From contig NZ_SODV01000002.1 of the NCBI RefSeq assembly GCF_004366355.1, positions 410,768-474,767 of the forward strand: a DNA stretch of 64,000 bases, given 5' to 3'. Every line of letters begins with the position of its first letter. Position 1 is the first letter of the stretch. The notes below the pieces were generated by a model. It worked only from the letters and a program-made list of their open reading frames with translations. It searched no databases and was not told the origin of the DNA. Shown piece after piece: positions 39,957 through 49,633 of this stretch. Both the position numbers and the translations under genes were made by a program. Source of the stretch: Dinghuibacter silviterrae (GTDB lineage Bacteria > Bacteroidota > Bacteroidia > Chitinophagales > Chitinophagaceae).

Positions 39957-42900
39957 ATGAGAGTTACGCTGTTACAATTGCTGTTGGCGGGAGGGCTGGT
40001 CGCTAGTGCGTCCGCCGGCCGCGTCAGCGGCCAGGGTATCCTGGACCGTAAGATATCCATTACGGAAAACAGCCAGAACCTGAAAAAAGTATTAAAGACC
40101 ATCGAACAGGCCGCTGATGTAAAGTTTACATACGACACCCGCCTGGTGGCCTCCAGGGGTCAGGTGAGCCTGGATGTCCGGAACGAGGACCTCAAGAACG
40201 TGCTCGACCGCCTGCTGAATCCTCTGAATATACGATACGAGGTCGTAAACGACCAGATCATTTTACAACGGATGCCGGTGATTGACCCCCCCACCGCTTT
40301 TAAAGCGCCTGAAGGTGTCAAGGGGACGGTTGTTTCTGCCGACGGCACACCGCTACCTGGAGTAAGTGTGACGATTGCAGGGACGGAAAAAGGGACGGTG
40401 ACCGATGCGACCGGGCACTTTACGATCGAGGCTAAGAAGGGGGATGTTTTGGTATTTTCTTATGTAGGGTATACGAGCTATCGTATGGCCGTGGGAAATG
40501 CCACCAGCATCAGCATCACTTTGAATCAAGGGGGGAATGCCTTGCACGAAGTGGTCATCACAGGTTTGGGGATTAAAAGAGAGAGCCGGTCCATCGGGTA
40601 CTCGGTCCAGCAGGTATCGGGCAACGACGTCGTCAAAGCCGATCCCCCGAATATTTCCGAAGGGCTGGTGGGGAAAGTGGCAGGCATGAATGTCACGCTG
40701 CCCAATGGGGTGGAAGGGGCTTCCAGCCGGATTGTGATCCGGGGGAATAACAGCTTGTACGGAAACAACCAGCCTTTGATTGTCGTCGACGGGGTCATGA
40801 TCGACAACGAACCCATCCTGCCCAAGGGGGACAATCAAACGCTGGACAACCTCGCCAATCCCGGCCAGACGGACGTGTCCCAACTCGCGACCGACTACGG
40901 CTCCTTCCTCAATACGATCAATGCTGACGACATCGAAAGCGTGAACGTCCTCAAGGGGCCAACGGCTGCCGCTCTTTACGGTGCCCGTGGCGCGAACGGC
41001 GTAATCCTGATTACGACCAAAAAGGGATCGAAGGAAAAAGGGCTTGGCCTGGACTATAACTTTTCGGTGCGTTGGAATGACCCGTATCGGTTTATCAAAA
41101 TGCAAAATGAGTATGGGAGCGGGATGACGACTACCTTGTATTCCGCCAATCCGCCTTTTGTGACGGATGCTAGCGGGAACCCCAGGGAGTTTACGGAAAA
41201 CGACCAATACGGGACCTACCAGAATATCCCCGGCGGCGGGCCTTTTTACAACTACATCGGTTTCCCGGGCGACGGCGCCTCCTGGGGACCGAAGATGCAG
41301 GGGCAATCGCTGACATGGTGGGATGGAACGAAAAGACCTTATACCAATAACCCCAATATCTTCAAGAGCTTTTACAAAACCGGTTATACGACGACCAACA
41401 ATGTGTCGTTTTCCGGTGGAGGAGACGTAGGTACCCTTCGTGCTTCCTATACCCGCACGTATAACGATGCCATCACTTACAACAGCAATTATACCCAAAA
41501 TGTATTCAACCTTGGTTCGTCGATCAATGTATCCAAAAAGGTAAAGGCGGAGGCCACGGTAAGCTATATCAACATCAACCGTCTGAATGCCCCGAATATC
41601 CTGGGGGAAAACATCGGTACGCCGAACGGGTACACGTACTCCGGGATCGGGTACATGACCATGTACCACCTGCCCCGGGACTATAAACCCCTCGAACGGA
41701 GCATGTCGGTCAATGCCGATGGTTCCCGGAATACTACCGTGCCGAACAATAACCCTTATCCCTCCTCCAGCATGGGCAATTACTGGTGGAACCTTTTCGC
41801 CAACAACGTGACGTTGACACAAAATCAGTTGCTGGGTTCCGTCAAGCTCACCGGTGACATCCTGCCCTGGCTGTCGGCCAATGGTCACGTAGGGATCAAC
41901 TACTACACCAACCAGTTCGAGACCAAGAACCGGCCTACCGACGCCGCTGGTCTCCAGGGAGACTATGCCAACGACCTGTCGACCATATCAACTGAAAACC
42001 TGGACGCCATGATCACGGCGCACAAGGACAACCTCGTCAAGGATTTCAACGCCAGCCTGAGCGTGGGCAGCAGTTGGTACCATTACAAGATGTACGACCT
42101 CGCGGCCTCCAACCCTGGCCCGTTCAGCTACCCCTTTACCTATAACCTGAACAACTATAACGGGGCAGCCGCAAGTTATCCGCACCCGACCGAGAACCGG
42201 AACGAAAGCGAAATCAGCTCGGTCCTGGGTATCCTGAACCTGAGCTACAAGAATTACCTTTTCCTCGAAGCAAGCGGACGGAACGACTGGTCGTCCACCC
42301 TGCCGCAGAACGAATGGTCCTTTTTCTATCCCTCCGCCACGCTGAGCTTTGTGTTCACCGATGCTTTCAATATGGGGCGCGCAAAAGACTGGCTGAGCTA
42401 TGGCAAAGTAAGGGTAGGGGACGCCGGCAGCGCCAATGGATATGTGCCCTATTCCACCCAGTTCAACTATCTGCCCGTAACGACGGCCGGGTTCACCAAC
42501 GGTTTGTCGGTTCCGGGTACGCTACCTGCACTGCACATCCAACCGCAGCGTTCCCGCTCGCTTGAAGTGGGTACCGACCTGGGTTTCCTCAACAACCGGA
42601 TCAACCTGAATTTCTCCTATTATAATATCTATTCCAGCGACCAGATCATCCCTATCCCCGTGGCCATCAGCTCCGGCGCCAGCCAGATCACCATCAATAC
42701 CGGCGCCTTGCGGAACAGGGGATTTGAATTCATCATCAACGCCAAGATTATTGACCACATGCCCTTCTCCTGGGACGTGACCATTAACGGTGCCCACAAC
42801 CAGAATAAGGTTGTAGCCTTGGAAACAGGTGTCAATTCTCTACAACTCGGTAGCTGGTTTGGCGGCGACGGTGTCGCTATGAATGTAAAAGTGGGGGACA

Positions 42901-43640
42901 ACTATGGCGGCATCTACGGCCTGGGTTATGTGTATAAGAACGGCCAGCCGGTTGTCAACCTCCTATATGCTGACGGTGCCAACACCGGCAACGGCTCGGT
43001 CATCGGCGCCCAATATGCCACCACCGCAGCGCCCGTCAAGCTTGGGGATGCCACGCCGAAAATCACCGGCGGCATCGGCAATACCTTTACCTACAAGAAC
43101 ATCAGCCTGTATGTCCTGACCGACTTCAACATCGGCGGCCAGATCTGGTCCGGTGACTATGCCACCATGATGGGTCAGGGTGAAGCGCCCGAAACGGTCA
43201 AGGAAAGGGACGGCGGCGGTTTGGCCTATACTTTTCCCGACGGTACATCGTCCAAGATCGGTGTCATCCTCCCCGGTGTAACACCCGACGGTAAGACGAA
43301 CACCACCGTCGTCAACGCCTGGTGGAAATATGCCGGCAACTACCAATCCTGGGATAACGTACCCGTCGTCCGGAACAACTCCATCTTTACAAACAGTTGG
43401 GGCAAACTGCGCGAGGCGACCCTTACGTACCGGCTTCCGCGCTCTTTTGTCCAAAAAACAAAGGTCTTCCAGAACCTGCAGGTATCCCTGGTGGGTCGTG
43501 ACTTGTTCTACCTGTTTACGAAACTCCCCGACCGTATCAACCCCGAAAGCCTGAGCGGCACGACCAACGTCCAGGGCATCCAGTTTGGCGGTTTGCCTGG
43601 TGTTCGTTCGTACGGTATTTCAGTAAAAGCAGGGTTCTAA
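39957..43640 (+). CDS. SusC/RagA-family TonB-dependent outer-membrane transporter with N-terminal STN signalling domain (TonB-dependent transducer)
   Basis: Signal peptide. STN domain (ISITENSQNLKKVLKTIEQAADVKFTY). CarboxypepD_reg-like domain. Plug (TonB box region) and a 22-strand barrel ending ...GISVKAGF. Confidence 0.88.
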   Translation: MRVTLLQLLLAGGLVASASAGRVSGQGILDRKISITENSQNLKKVLKTIEQAADVKFTYDTRLVASRGQVSLDVRNEDLKNVLDRLLNPLNIRYEVVNDQIILQRMPVIDPPTAFKAPEGVKGTVVSADGTPLPGVSVTIAGTEKGTVTDATGHFTIEAKKGDVLVFSYVGYTSYRMAVGNATSISITLNQGGNALHEVVITGLGIKRESRSIGYSVQQVSGNDVVKADPPNISEGLVGKVAGMNVTLPNGVEGASSRIVIRGNNSLYGNNQPLIVVDGVMIDNEPILPKGDNQTLDNLANPGQTDVSQLATDYGSFLNTINADDIESVNVLKGPTAAALYGARGANGVILITTKKGSKEKGLGLDYNFSVRWNDPYRFIKMQNEYGSGMTTTLYSANPPFVTDASGNPREFTENDQYGTYQNIPGGGPFYNYIGFPGDGASWGPKMQGQSLTWWDGTKRPYTNNPNIFKSFYKTGYTTTNNVSFSGGGDVGTLRASYTRTYNDAITYNSNYTQNVFNLGSSINVSKKVKAEATVSYININRLNAPNILGENIGTPNGYTYSGIGYMTMYHLPRDYKPLERSMSVNADGSRNTTVPNNNPYPSSSMGNYWWNLFANNVTLTQNQLLGSVKLTGDILPWLSANGHVGINYYTNQFETKNRPTDAAGLQGDYANDLSTISTENLDAMITAHKDNLVKDFNASLSVGSSWYHYKMYDLAASNPGPFSYPFTYNLNNYNGAAASYPHPTENRNESEISSVLGILNLSYKNYLFLEASGRNDWSSTLPQNEWSFFYPSATLSFVFTDAFNMGRAKDWLSYGKVRVGDAGSANGYVPYSTQFNYLPVTTAGFTNGLSVPGTLPALHIQPQRSRSLEVGTDLGFLNNRINLNFSYYNIYSSDQIIPIPVAISSGASQITINTGALRNRGFEFIINAKIIDHMPFSWDVTINGAHNQNKVVALETGVNSLQLGSWFGGDGVAMNVKVGDNYGGIYGLGYVYKNGQPVVNLLYADGANTGNGSVIGAQYATTAAPVKLGDATPKITGGIGNTFTYKNISLYVLTDFNIGGQIWSGDYATMMGQGEAPETVKERDGGGLAYTFPDGTSSKIGVILPGVTPDGKTNTTVVNAWWKYAGNYQSWDNVPVVRNNSIFTNSWGKLREATLTYRLPRSFVQKTKVFQNLQVSLVGRDLFYLFTKLPDRINPESLSGTTNVQGIQFGGLPGVRSYGISVKAGF

Positions 43641-43658
43641 CCATTAAATAACTTCTTT

Positions 43659-45305
43659 ATGACCAGATACAATAAAGGCAATGCGCTAACCCTGGGCACA
43701 GCACTGATGCTGATCGTGGGGCTTGCGTCTTGTACCAAGAATTTTAAAACGATCAATACCCCCTGGAACGGGTCACCCACGCCGACCCTTCCCCAATTGT
43801 TTACTGCATTTGTTGCCAACCTGGATGCCACAGCGAATACCGAACAACGCGACGACAACGGCTGGATCTATCCCATCACCCAACAAGGTGCGGTGTATAC
43901 AAAATCGGACTACCTCTATGGAGGAAGCACCAGCGCCTGGTCCGACTTTTATTCGAACCTGTCCAACTATACCGCGGCCATGAACTTTATCACCGCCCAG
44001 CCTGACACCGCGATTTACACCAACGTAAAGGCCATGTTGAAGACCCTGCGCGCCTACCAGGCAATCAAGGTGTCCAACTTCTGGGGGGACATACCCTTTT
44101 CCAAGGCCGGACAAGCCATCTCCAACAGTACGGCGGCCCTCACGCCTGCCTACGACAGTCAGCAAAGCATTTACCTGTCCTGTCTGTCCGACCTCACCTG
44201 GGCCGTCAACAACCTGAGTGCTACCGATGCCACCCAGTTCGCCCTCGGCACCAGCGACGGTGTCCTGAACGGAAACATCACCCAATGGATCAAGTTCGCC
44301 AATTCCCTTCGTCTCCGTTTTGCGCTGACGATCTATGGCAAGGACCCCACCGATGCGGGACCGATCATCGCCGATGCTTTGACCAAGCCCTTACTGTCCG
44401 CTTACACCACGGCAGACAATATCGGCTTGTACGAAGCCAACATTGCCGGTCTGACCTTCCCCGCCCGGGCGTACTCCTTTGGGACCGAGTGCCGTCTCCG
44501 CATGGGCACCTGTATGTGGGAATGGATGTCCAGCACCAACGCCCTCGACGGCAGCGGCATCTTCGACCCAAGGTGTACCATCTTTTTTGAAGGCAACAAC
44601 GCCAACCAATGGAACCCCTACCCCCAAAACCCGACGTCCTCGACACCCGCCGAGCAAGGCGACCCCTATAACACCCTCAGGGACGCCGATTGGGCCAACA
44701 AGGACGGTGATCCCAGCAACCCCACGACCAACCTCTACGCCAACTTCAACTACTACTGGAGCCGCGACGGCGTCATCTCCGGCAGCAACGGAGCCATCCC
44801 CGAGCTGTTCATGACCGCCGCCGAGGTCCACTTCCTGAAGGCCGAAGCCTACGCCGGTGGGTACGGTGTCTCCCAGGACATGGCCACCGCCCAGACAGAA
44901 TACTATGCCGGTATCACCGCTTCCGTAAATTTCTGGACCACTATGGCCATGACCTCCAGCGTATGGGTGGTCAACAAACCGACCAGCCTCCCCAACAACG
45001 CCACCATGACCGCTTTCCTGGCGAATCCCGTGGTTGCCTTCAATTCCGCAACGGCCCTCAAGCAGATATATGCCCAAGAGTGGATCGATATGATCCGCCA
45101 GCCCTGGGACGCCTGGACCCTCATGCGCCGGACCGGCATCATGACGCCGCAGGATCCCAACAACGCCTCCTACTATACCACGACCTACGGGGGGTATCAA
45201 CGGTATACCTATCCCTCTTCCGAGTCCCAGTTGAACTATAACAACTGGTATGCGGAGACGAAAGGGGTTGATGTCGTCAGTGCCAAGATTTGGATTGCTA
45301 AGTAA
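43659..45305 (+). CDS. SusD/RagB-family nutrient-binding outer-membrane lipoprotein
   Basis: Lipoprotein signal LIVGLASC. TPR-like SusD composition. Immediately downstream of susC. Confidence 0.85.
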   Translation: MTRYNKGNALTLGTALMLIVGLASCTKNFKTINTPWNGSPTPTLPQLFTAFVANLDATANTEQRDDNGWIYPITQQGAVYTKSDYLYGGSTSAWSDFYSNLSNYTAAMNFITAQPDTAIYTNVKAMLKTLRAYQAIKVSNFWGDIPFSKAGQAISNSTAALTPAYDSQQSIYLSCLSDLTWAVNNLSATDATQFALGTSDGVLNGNITQWIKFANSLRLRFALTIYGKDPTDAGPIIADALTKPLLSAYTTADNIGLYEANIAGLTFPARAYSFGTECRLRMGTCMWEWMSSTNALDGSGIFDPRCTIFFEGNNANQWNPYPQNPTSSTPAEQGDPYNTLRDADWANKDGDPSNPTTNLYANFNYYWSRDGVISGSNGAIPELFMTAAEVHFLKAEAYAGGYGVSQDMATAQTEYYAGITASVNFWTTMAMTSSVWVVNKPTSLPNNATMTAFLANPVVAFNSATALKQIYAQEWIDMIRQPWDAWTLMRRTGIMTPQDPNNASYYTTTYGGYQRYTYPSSESQLNYNNWYAETKGVDVVSAKIWIAK

Positions 45306-45329
45306 ACAGTTGGATTTTTGGTTTTGATA

Positions 45330-45355
45330 ATGGCCGCCCTTCGGGGCGGCTTTTT
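45330..45355 (+). terminator. intrinsic terminator after susD (ggccgcccttcggggcggc followed by a T-run)
   Basis: GC stem with a ttcg tetraloop followed by ttttta. Confidence 0.8.
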
Positions 45356-45466
45356 ATTTATAATAGTGTAATAGTTTATTGGGGATTCGGATAAGTCGGC
45401 GAAATTAGCTGTTGTATGAAGACTAAACAGGAAATTTCGTAACCGGCAAATAATTCTTAAATTTGT

Positions 45467-45664
45467 GTGATGACAGATACCGCATATCAAATTGTGAAGA
45501 AGGCCCTGCTTAAGAAAAAGGCGGAAGTAAGGGTATCTCCTGCTGCAGCCAAACAATTTTTGTTGGCAAGCGGCTTGGGTGATATTCTTGCGAACGCTCC
45601 TTCTCTGAAAAGCGGTAAATCTGTTGCCACCCAAAAGGCCCGTGGCAAAAAGTCTCCTGCCTGA
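45467..45664 (+). CDS. 65-aa hypothetical protein (possible partner of the downstream 160-aa protein; DUF3791-like?)
   Basis: Small basic ORF 52 nt upstream of the next gene, on the same strand. No recognised motif. Confidence 0.35.
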   Translation: MMTDTAYQIVKKALLKKKAEVRVSPAAAKQFLLASGLGDILANAPSLKSGKSVATQKARGKKSPA

Positions 45665-45716
45665 CTTTTTCAACTCCTCATTCTACCTCTCTGCGTTTCC
45701 ATGTAAATTATAATCC

Positions 45717-46199
45717 ATGGCGGATTTCATTTATTCTGCCGAGCCGGGATTATTGATAGGATTCCATGGCTGCGAGCGGTCAATTTGTGATGATATTGTC
45801 TCAGGCAAAAAGCAAATGAAGGCAAGCAATAATTCCTGGGATTGGCTTGGAGACGGGGTATATTTCTGGCAAAACAACTACGAGCGGGCTTGGTATTATG
45901 CGCATCACCCTCCCGGTAACTTAAAGATTAAGAAACCCGCAGACCATATTGTCAGGCGTCTGGATTGTGCAGTTATAAAGATGGTGCACCAGTTTTTCCA
46001 TAAGGAAGGCTTAGCGCCTTTTGACTCGGTGCGGGCATTATTCCCGGAGGGTCGGGCGCTTTACAATGGCGCAGGCTTCAGGGAGAATACCCACATCCAG
46101 ATTGCGATCCGCAACCCCAATATGATCAAAGGGTATTTTTTGCCGCGCAGAGAGACCAAATGGTCAGGTTATCCCCTTAAAAGAGGCCAACGGCTTTAA
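45717..46199 (+). CDS. DUF3990-like protein with a predicted ADP-ribosyltransferase-like (H-Y-[EQ]) motif arrangement
   Basis: N-terminal LLIGFHGCERS (H-G-[SC]). Then DWLGDGVYFWQNNYERAWYYA (G-x-G-x-Y-F). A distal ...ENTHIQIAIRN strand carries a candidate E/Q. The order matches the ART beta1/beta3/beta5 layout. Confidence 0.5.
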   Translation: MADFIYSAEPGLLIGFHGCERSICDDIVSGKKQMKASNNSWDWLGDGVYFWQNNYERAWYYAHHPPGNLKIKKPADHIVRRLDCAVIKMVHQFFHKEGLAPFDSVRALFPEGRALYNGAGFRENTHIQIAIRNPNMIKGYFLPRRETKWSGYPLKRGQRL

Positions 46200-46291
46200 C
46201 ACACCCCTAACGCCCTCCCCTTAAACTGCAAATACAGCGCGCGGTCCTATATACAGCAACACAATTTGCTCACTACGTAAAAACAAATGTT

Positions 46292-46633
46292 ATGAAAACG
46301 AAAATTACACTGATGACCGCTCTCGCTACTGTCGTTCTTGCCGGTGCCGCTATTACTGCCAAGGCTCAGTGTGGTTATGGATACGCTCCTGCTCCTCACT
46401 ACTATGCGCCGGCTCCCGCTTACAACTACGGGTATTACCACAGGGGTGATGTGTACCGCGACCGCAGGGACATCTATATGGATGAACGCGCTATCGGCCG
46501 CGACCGTTACGACCTGTACAGGGACCGCGCTTATGGGGACCGTTACGACGCCCGCATCGACCGCGGCCGTATGGACCGGACCTACCGCGACCTGGGTCAT
46601 GACCGCAGGGACCTGCGTCACGACAGGTGGTAA
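46292..46633 (+). CDS. small secreted low-complexity protein (APAP..Y motifs, then Arg/Asp/Tyr-rich RDR repeats)
   Basis: Signal peptide MKTKITLMTALATVVLAGAAITAKAQ. Followed by its own terminator hairpin at 46676..46704. Confidence 0.6.
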   Translation: MKTKITLMTALATVVLAGAAITAKAQCGYGYAPAPHYYAPAPAYNYGYYHRGDVYRDRRDIYMDERAIGRDRYDLYRDRAYGDRYDARIDRGRMDRTYRDLGHDRRDLRHDRW

Positions 46634-46785
46634 GTAAAAATGGATTTGGTTTGTGTTTGAAGAATAATGTGTAATGCAAGGCCCCGGTTTCGACCGGGGC
46701 CTTTAACATGATGCTAACGCTGTGGATTTAAACGTAAAATACATTTCGATGTCTTATATATAGAACACTACTAAAACACAAGGTT

Positions 46786-47079
46786 ATGAAAACGAAGATT
46801 ACTCTCCTGACCGTTATCGCCACCGTTGCTCTTGCCGGTGCTGCTTTTTCCGCGAAAGCTCAGTTTGTGAGCGTCCGTGCCTTCGTACCGGTTCCCCGGG
46901 TTATCATACCCGCGCCCAGGGTGTTTGTACCTGCTCCGCGTGTTTGGTGCGCGCCCGCACCAGTTCCTGCTCCCGTTTATTGCGCTCCGGCCCCGGCCTA
47001 CTGCGCGCCGGTCTATCGCGAAAGGTTTTATGCCCCGGTACACGTCCACAGGGACTATTGCAGAGGCCGTAGGTGGTAA
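46786..47079 (+). CDS. paralogous small secreted low-complexity protein (PRV / APAP / Cys-containing repeats)
   Basis: Signal peptide MKTKITLLTVIATVALAGAAFSAKAQ, near-identical to the upstream paralogue at the DNA level. Shared APAPAY motif and a C-terminal R.W. Own terminator at 47124..47150. Confidence 0.6.
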   Translation: MKTKITLLTVIATVALAGAAFSAKAQFVSVRAFVPVPRVIIPAPRVFVPAPRVWCAPAPVPAPVYCAPAPAYCAPVYRERFYAPVHVHRDYCRGRRW

Positions 47080-47123
47080 ATGTTTGGAACCAAATATATA
47101 ATAGGCAAGTGTGTGATCAAGGA

Positions 47124-47150
47124 AAAGGCCCCGGAGCAATCCGGGGCCTT
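47124..47150. terminator. bidirectional terminator hairpin (aaggccccggagcaatccggggcctt)
   Basis: Perfect 9-bp GC stem between the convergent small secreted gene and ahcY. A similar hairpin lies at 46676..46704. Confidence 0.75.
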
Positions 47151-47173
47151 GTGCGTTTATATAGACGTGCCGC

Positions 47174-48511
47174 TTAGTAGCGGTAGTAATCCGGTTTGAA
47201 GGGCCCTTCCTTGGGTATCCCCAGATACTCGCTCTGCGCGGTCGTCAGCTCATCAAGCTCGACGCCAATTTTGGCGAGGTGAAGACGGGCGACTTTTTCG
47301 TCGAGGTGTTTGGGGAGGACGTAGACCTTGTTCTCGTAATTGCCGTGGTTGACCCACAGTTCGAGTTGGGCGAGGGTCTGGTTGGTGAAGGAGTTGCTCA
47401 TCACGAAGCTGGGGTGGCCGGTGGCGCAGCCGAGGTTGACGAGACGGCCTTCGGCGAGGAGGAGGATGTCCTTGCCGTCGATGGTGTATTTATCGACCTG
47501 GGGTTTGATCTCGACCTTGGTCGAGCCATAGTTCTTGTTGAGCCAGGCGACGTCGATTTCGATGTCGAAGTGGCCGATGTTGCAGACGATGGCTTTGTCT
47601 TTCATCGAGCGGAAATCTTTCTCGGTGATGATGTCGCGGCAACCGGTGGTGGTGACGATGATGTCGGCTTCCTTGACGGCGTTGGACATTTTCTTGACTT
47701 CGTAGCCTTCCATAGCGGCCTGGAGGGCGCAGATGGGGTCGATTTCGGTAACAATGACACGGGCACCGGCGCCGGCGAGGGATTCGGCGGAACCTTTACC
47801 TACGTCGCCAAAACCGGCAACGACGGCGACCTTACCGGCGATCATGACGTCGGTGGCGCGGCGGATGGCGTCGACGCAGCTTTCGCGGCAGCCGTATTTG
47901 TTGTCGAACTTGGACTTGGTGACGGAGTCGTTGATGTTGATGGCGGGCAGGGGGAGGGTTCCCTTTTGCATGCGCTCGTAGAGACGATGTACACCGGTGG
48001 TGGTTTCTTCGCTAAGACCACGGATGTGCTGGATGAGCTCGGGGTAGACGTCGAACACCATGTTGGTGAGGTCGCCGCCGTCATCGAGGATCATGTTGAG
48101 GGGGCGGTCGGTGCTGCCGAAGAAAAGGGTTTGCTCGATGCACCAGTTGAATTCTTCTTCGTTCAGGCCTTTCCAGGCGAAAACGGGGACGCCGGCGGCG
48201 GCAATGGCGGCAGCGGCGTGGTCTTGGGTGGAGAAGATATTACAGGAGCTCCAGCGGACTTCCGCGCCGAGGGCCACGAGGGTTTCGATGAGGACCGCGG
48301 TCTGGATCGTCATGTGGAGACAACCGGCGATGCGGGCGCCCTTGAGGGGCTGGGTGCTTCCATATTCAGCCCTGAGGGACATCAGACCGGGCATTTCTGC
48401 TTCGGCCAGCTCGATTTCCTTGCGGCCCCAGGCGGCCAGGCCCATGTCTTTTACCTTATAGGGAAGACTCAGGTCGATCTTGGCTTTTGTGTACGTGGTG
48501 GACATGATCAT
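47174..48511 (-). CDS. ahcY: adenosylhomocysteinase
   Basis: [20 protein letters not shown]; NAD-binding [10 protein letters not shown]; HFD; full-length AhcY pattern. Start set at the internal ATG. Confidence 0.9.
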   Translation of the reverse strand: MIMSTTYTKAKIDLSLPYKVKDMGLAAWGRKEIELAEAEMPGLMSLRAEYGSTQPLKGARIAGCLHMTIQTAVLIETLVALGAEVRWSSCNIFSTQDHAAAAIAAAGVPVFAWKGLNEEEFNWCIEQTLFFGSTDRPLNMILDDGGDLTNMVFDVYPELIQHIRGLSEETTTGVHRLYERMQKGTLPLPAININDSVTKSKFDNKYGCRESCVDAIRRATDVMIAGKVAVVAGFGDVGKGSAESLAGAGARVIVTEIDPICALQAAMEGYEVKKMSNAVKEADIIVTTTGCRDIITEKDFRSMKDKAIVCNIGHFDIEIDVAWLNKNYGSTKVEIKPQVDKYTIDGKDILLLAEGRLVNLGCATGHPSFVMSNSFTNQTLAQLELWVNHGNYENKVYVLPKHLDEKVARLHLAKIGVELDELTTAQSEYLGIPKEGPFKPDYYRY

Positions 48512-48624
48512 TGTTTTATTACGTGCAAAGCTAAGTTTGTAGAATAAAATATCAGTAAGATTTTGATATTTTAGGGAAAAATAAGGTTTAAGGTGTATTT
48601 TGTAGTACAAACAGCATAAAACTC

Positions 48625-49140
48625 ATGGAAAAAGAGGGCTCCGCAGGCAAAAACGCTGTCGCCGGGGGCGCGGGTGCTATCCCGGCGCTGGACACGAAGG
48701 ACCTCCAAATATTGCGGCTCCTGCAGGAAAACGCCCGGATCACGGTCCGGGAGATCGCGTCCCAGGTGCACCTGAGCACAACGCCGGTGCACGAGCGGAT
48801 CAAGCGCATGGAGGAGACCGGGGTCATCCGCCAGTACGTGACGCTGGTGGACCATGCGAAGGTCAAAAAGGGACTGATGGTGATCTGCTATGTATCGCTG
48901 AAACAGCACAACAAACAGTCGGGGGCTCAATTTATCCGGGCGATCGACGCGATGGAAGAGGTGATCGAGTGTTATAACATCTCCGGCGAGTTTGACTTTA
49001 TGCTAAAGGTGGCGGTGGAGAACATGGATGCGTACTACCATTTCCACGTCCACAAACTCAGCGAAATCGAAGATATTGGGCACCTCCAGAGCGTGTTCGT
49101 GATGGGCATTATCAAGCAGACCCATCAGTTGGTGTACTGA
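48625..49140 (+). CDS. Lrp/AsnC-family transcriptional regulator
   Basis: HTH (LDTKDLQILRLLQENARITVREIASQVHLSTTPVHERIKRME) plus a RAM domain. Confidence 0.85.
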   Translation: MEKEGSAGKNAVAGGAGAIPALDTKDLQILRLLQENARITVREIASQVHLSTTPVHERIKRMEETGVIRQYVTLVDHAKVKKGLMVICYVSLKQHNKQSGAQFIRAIDAMEEVIECYNISGEFDFMLKVAVENMDAYYHFHVHKLSEIEDIGHLQSVFVMGIIKQTHQLVY

Positions 49141-49627
49141 GGTCGTACTGCATAATATAATCGCGCATATAATACCCATTCCCGATTTCGAGGTCGAGCT
49201 CGTGCAACACGCGGAACCCCATTTTCTCGTAAAAATGCCTGGCCTTGTTGTCGCGCTTGACCTGGAGCTGTATGGCGTGGGCTTCGAGGGCTTCGGAGAG
49301 GCGGATGACCTGTCCGAGGAGTTGGCGGCCCCAGCCCTTGCCCTGGCCGGTGGGGAGGACGTAGAGCTTGTGGAGCTTGATGGTGCCGGGCGGGTCTATT
49401 TCGCTGAAGTCGGCAAAGCCTTGGGGGACGTGGTCTTCTTCGAGGATGAGAAAGCGGTGTCCCTCGCGCATCTGGGTGTCGAGGGCGGTGGGGCTGTAAA
49501 ACAGCTCCAGCATATATTGGAGTTGTTCGGGGCTGAGCAGTTCGCTATAGGTGGCGGGCCAGATGTCCTGGGCCAGGCGGCGGATCAGCGGGATGTCTTC
49601 GATGACGGCGTCTCGGATGGTGGTCAT
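49112..49627 (-). CDS. GNAT-family N-acetyltransferase
   Basis: Acetyl-CoA-binding motif VLPTGQGKGWGRQLL (Q/RxxGxG/A). Confidence 0.8.
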   Translation of the reverse strand: MTTIRDAVIEDIPLIRRLAQDIWPATYSELLSPEQLQYMLELFYSPTALDTQMREGHRFLILEEDHVPQGFADFSEIDPPGTIKLHKLYVLPTGQGKGWGRQLLGQVIRLSEALEAHAIQLQVKRDNKARHFYEKMGFRVLHELDLEIGNGYYMRDYIMQYDLSTPTDGSA

Positions 49628-49633
49628 GTCTTT

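Noticed and set aside
40353-41888. 511-aa ORF antisense to susC
   Set aside because: The plus-strand frame has the STN, plug and barrel domains of SusC. The antisense frame has no features.
47279-48547. 422-aa ORF antisense to ahcY
   Set aside because: ahcY on the minus strand is full length with an NAD-binding motif. The antisense frame is Gly/Asp/Val-rich filler.
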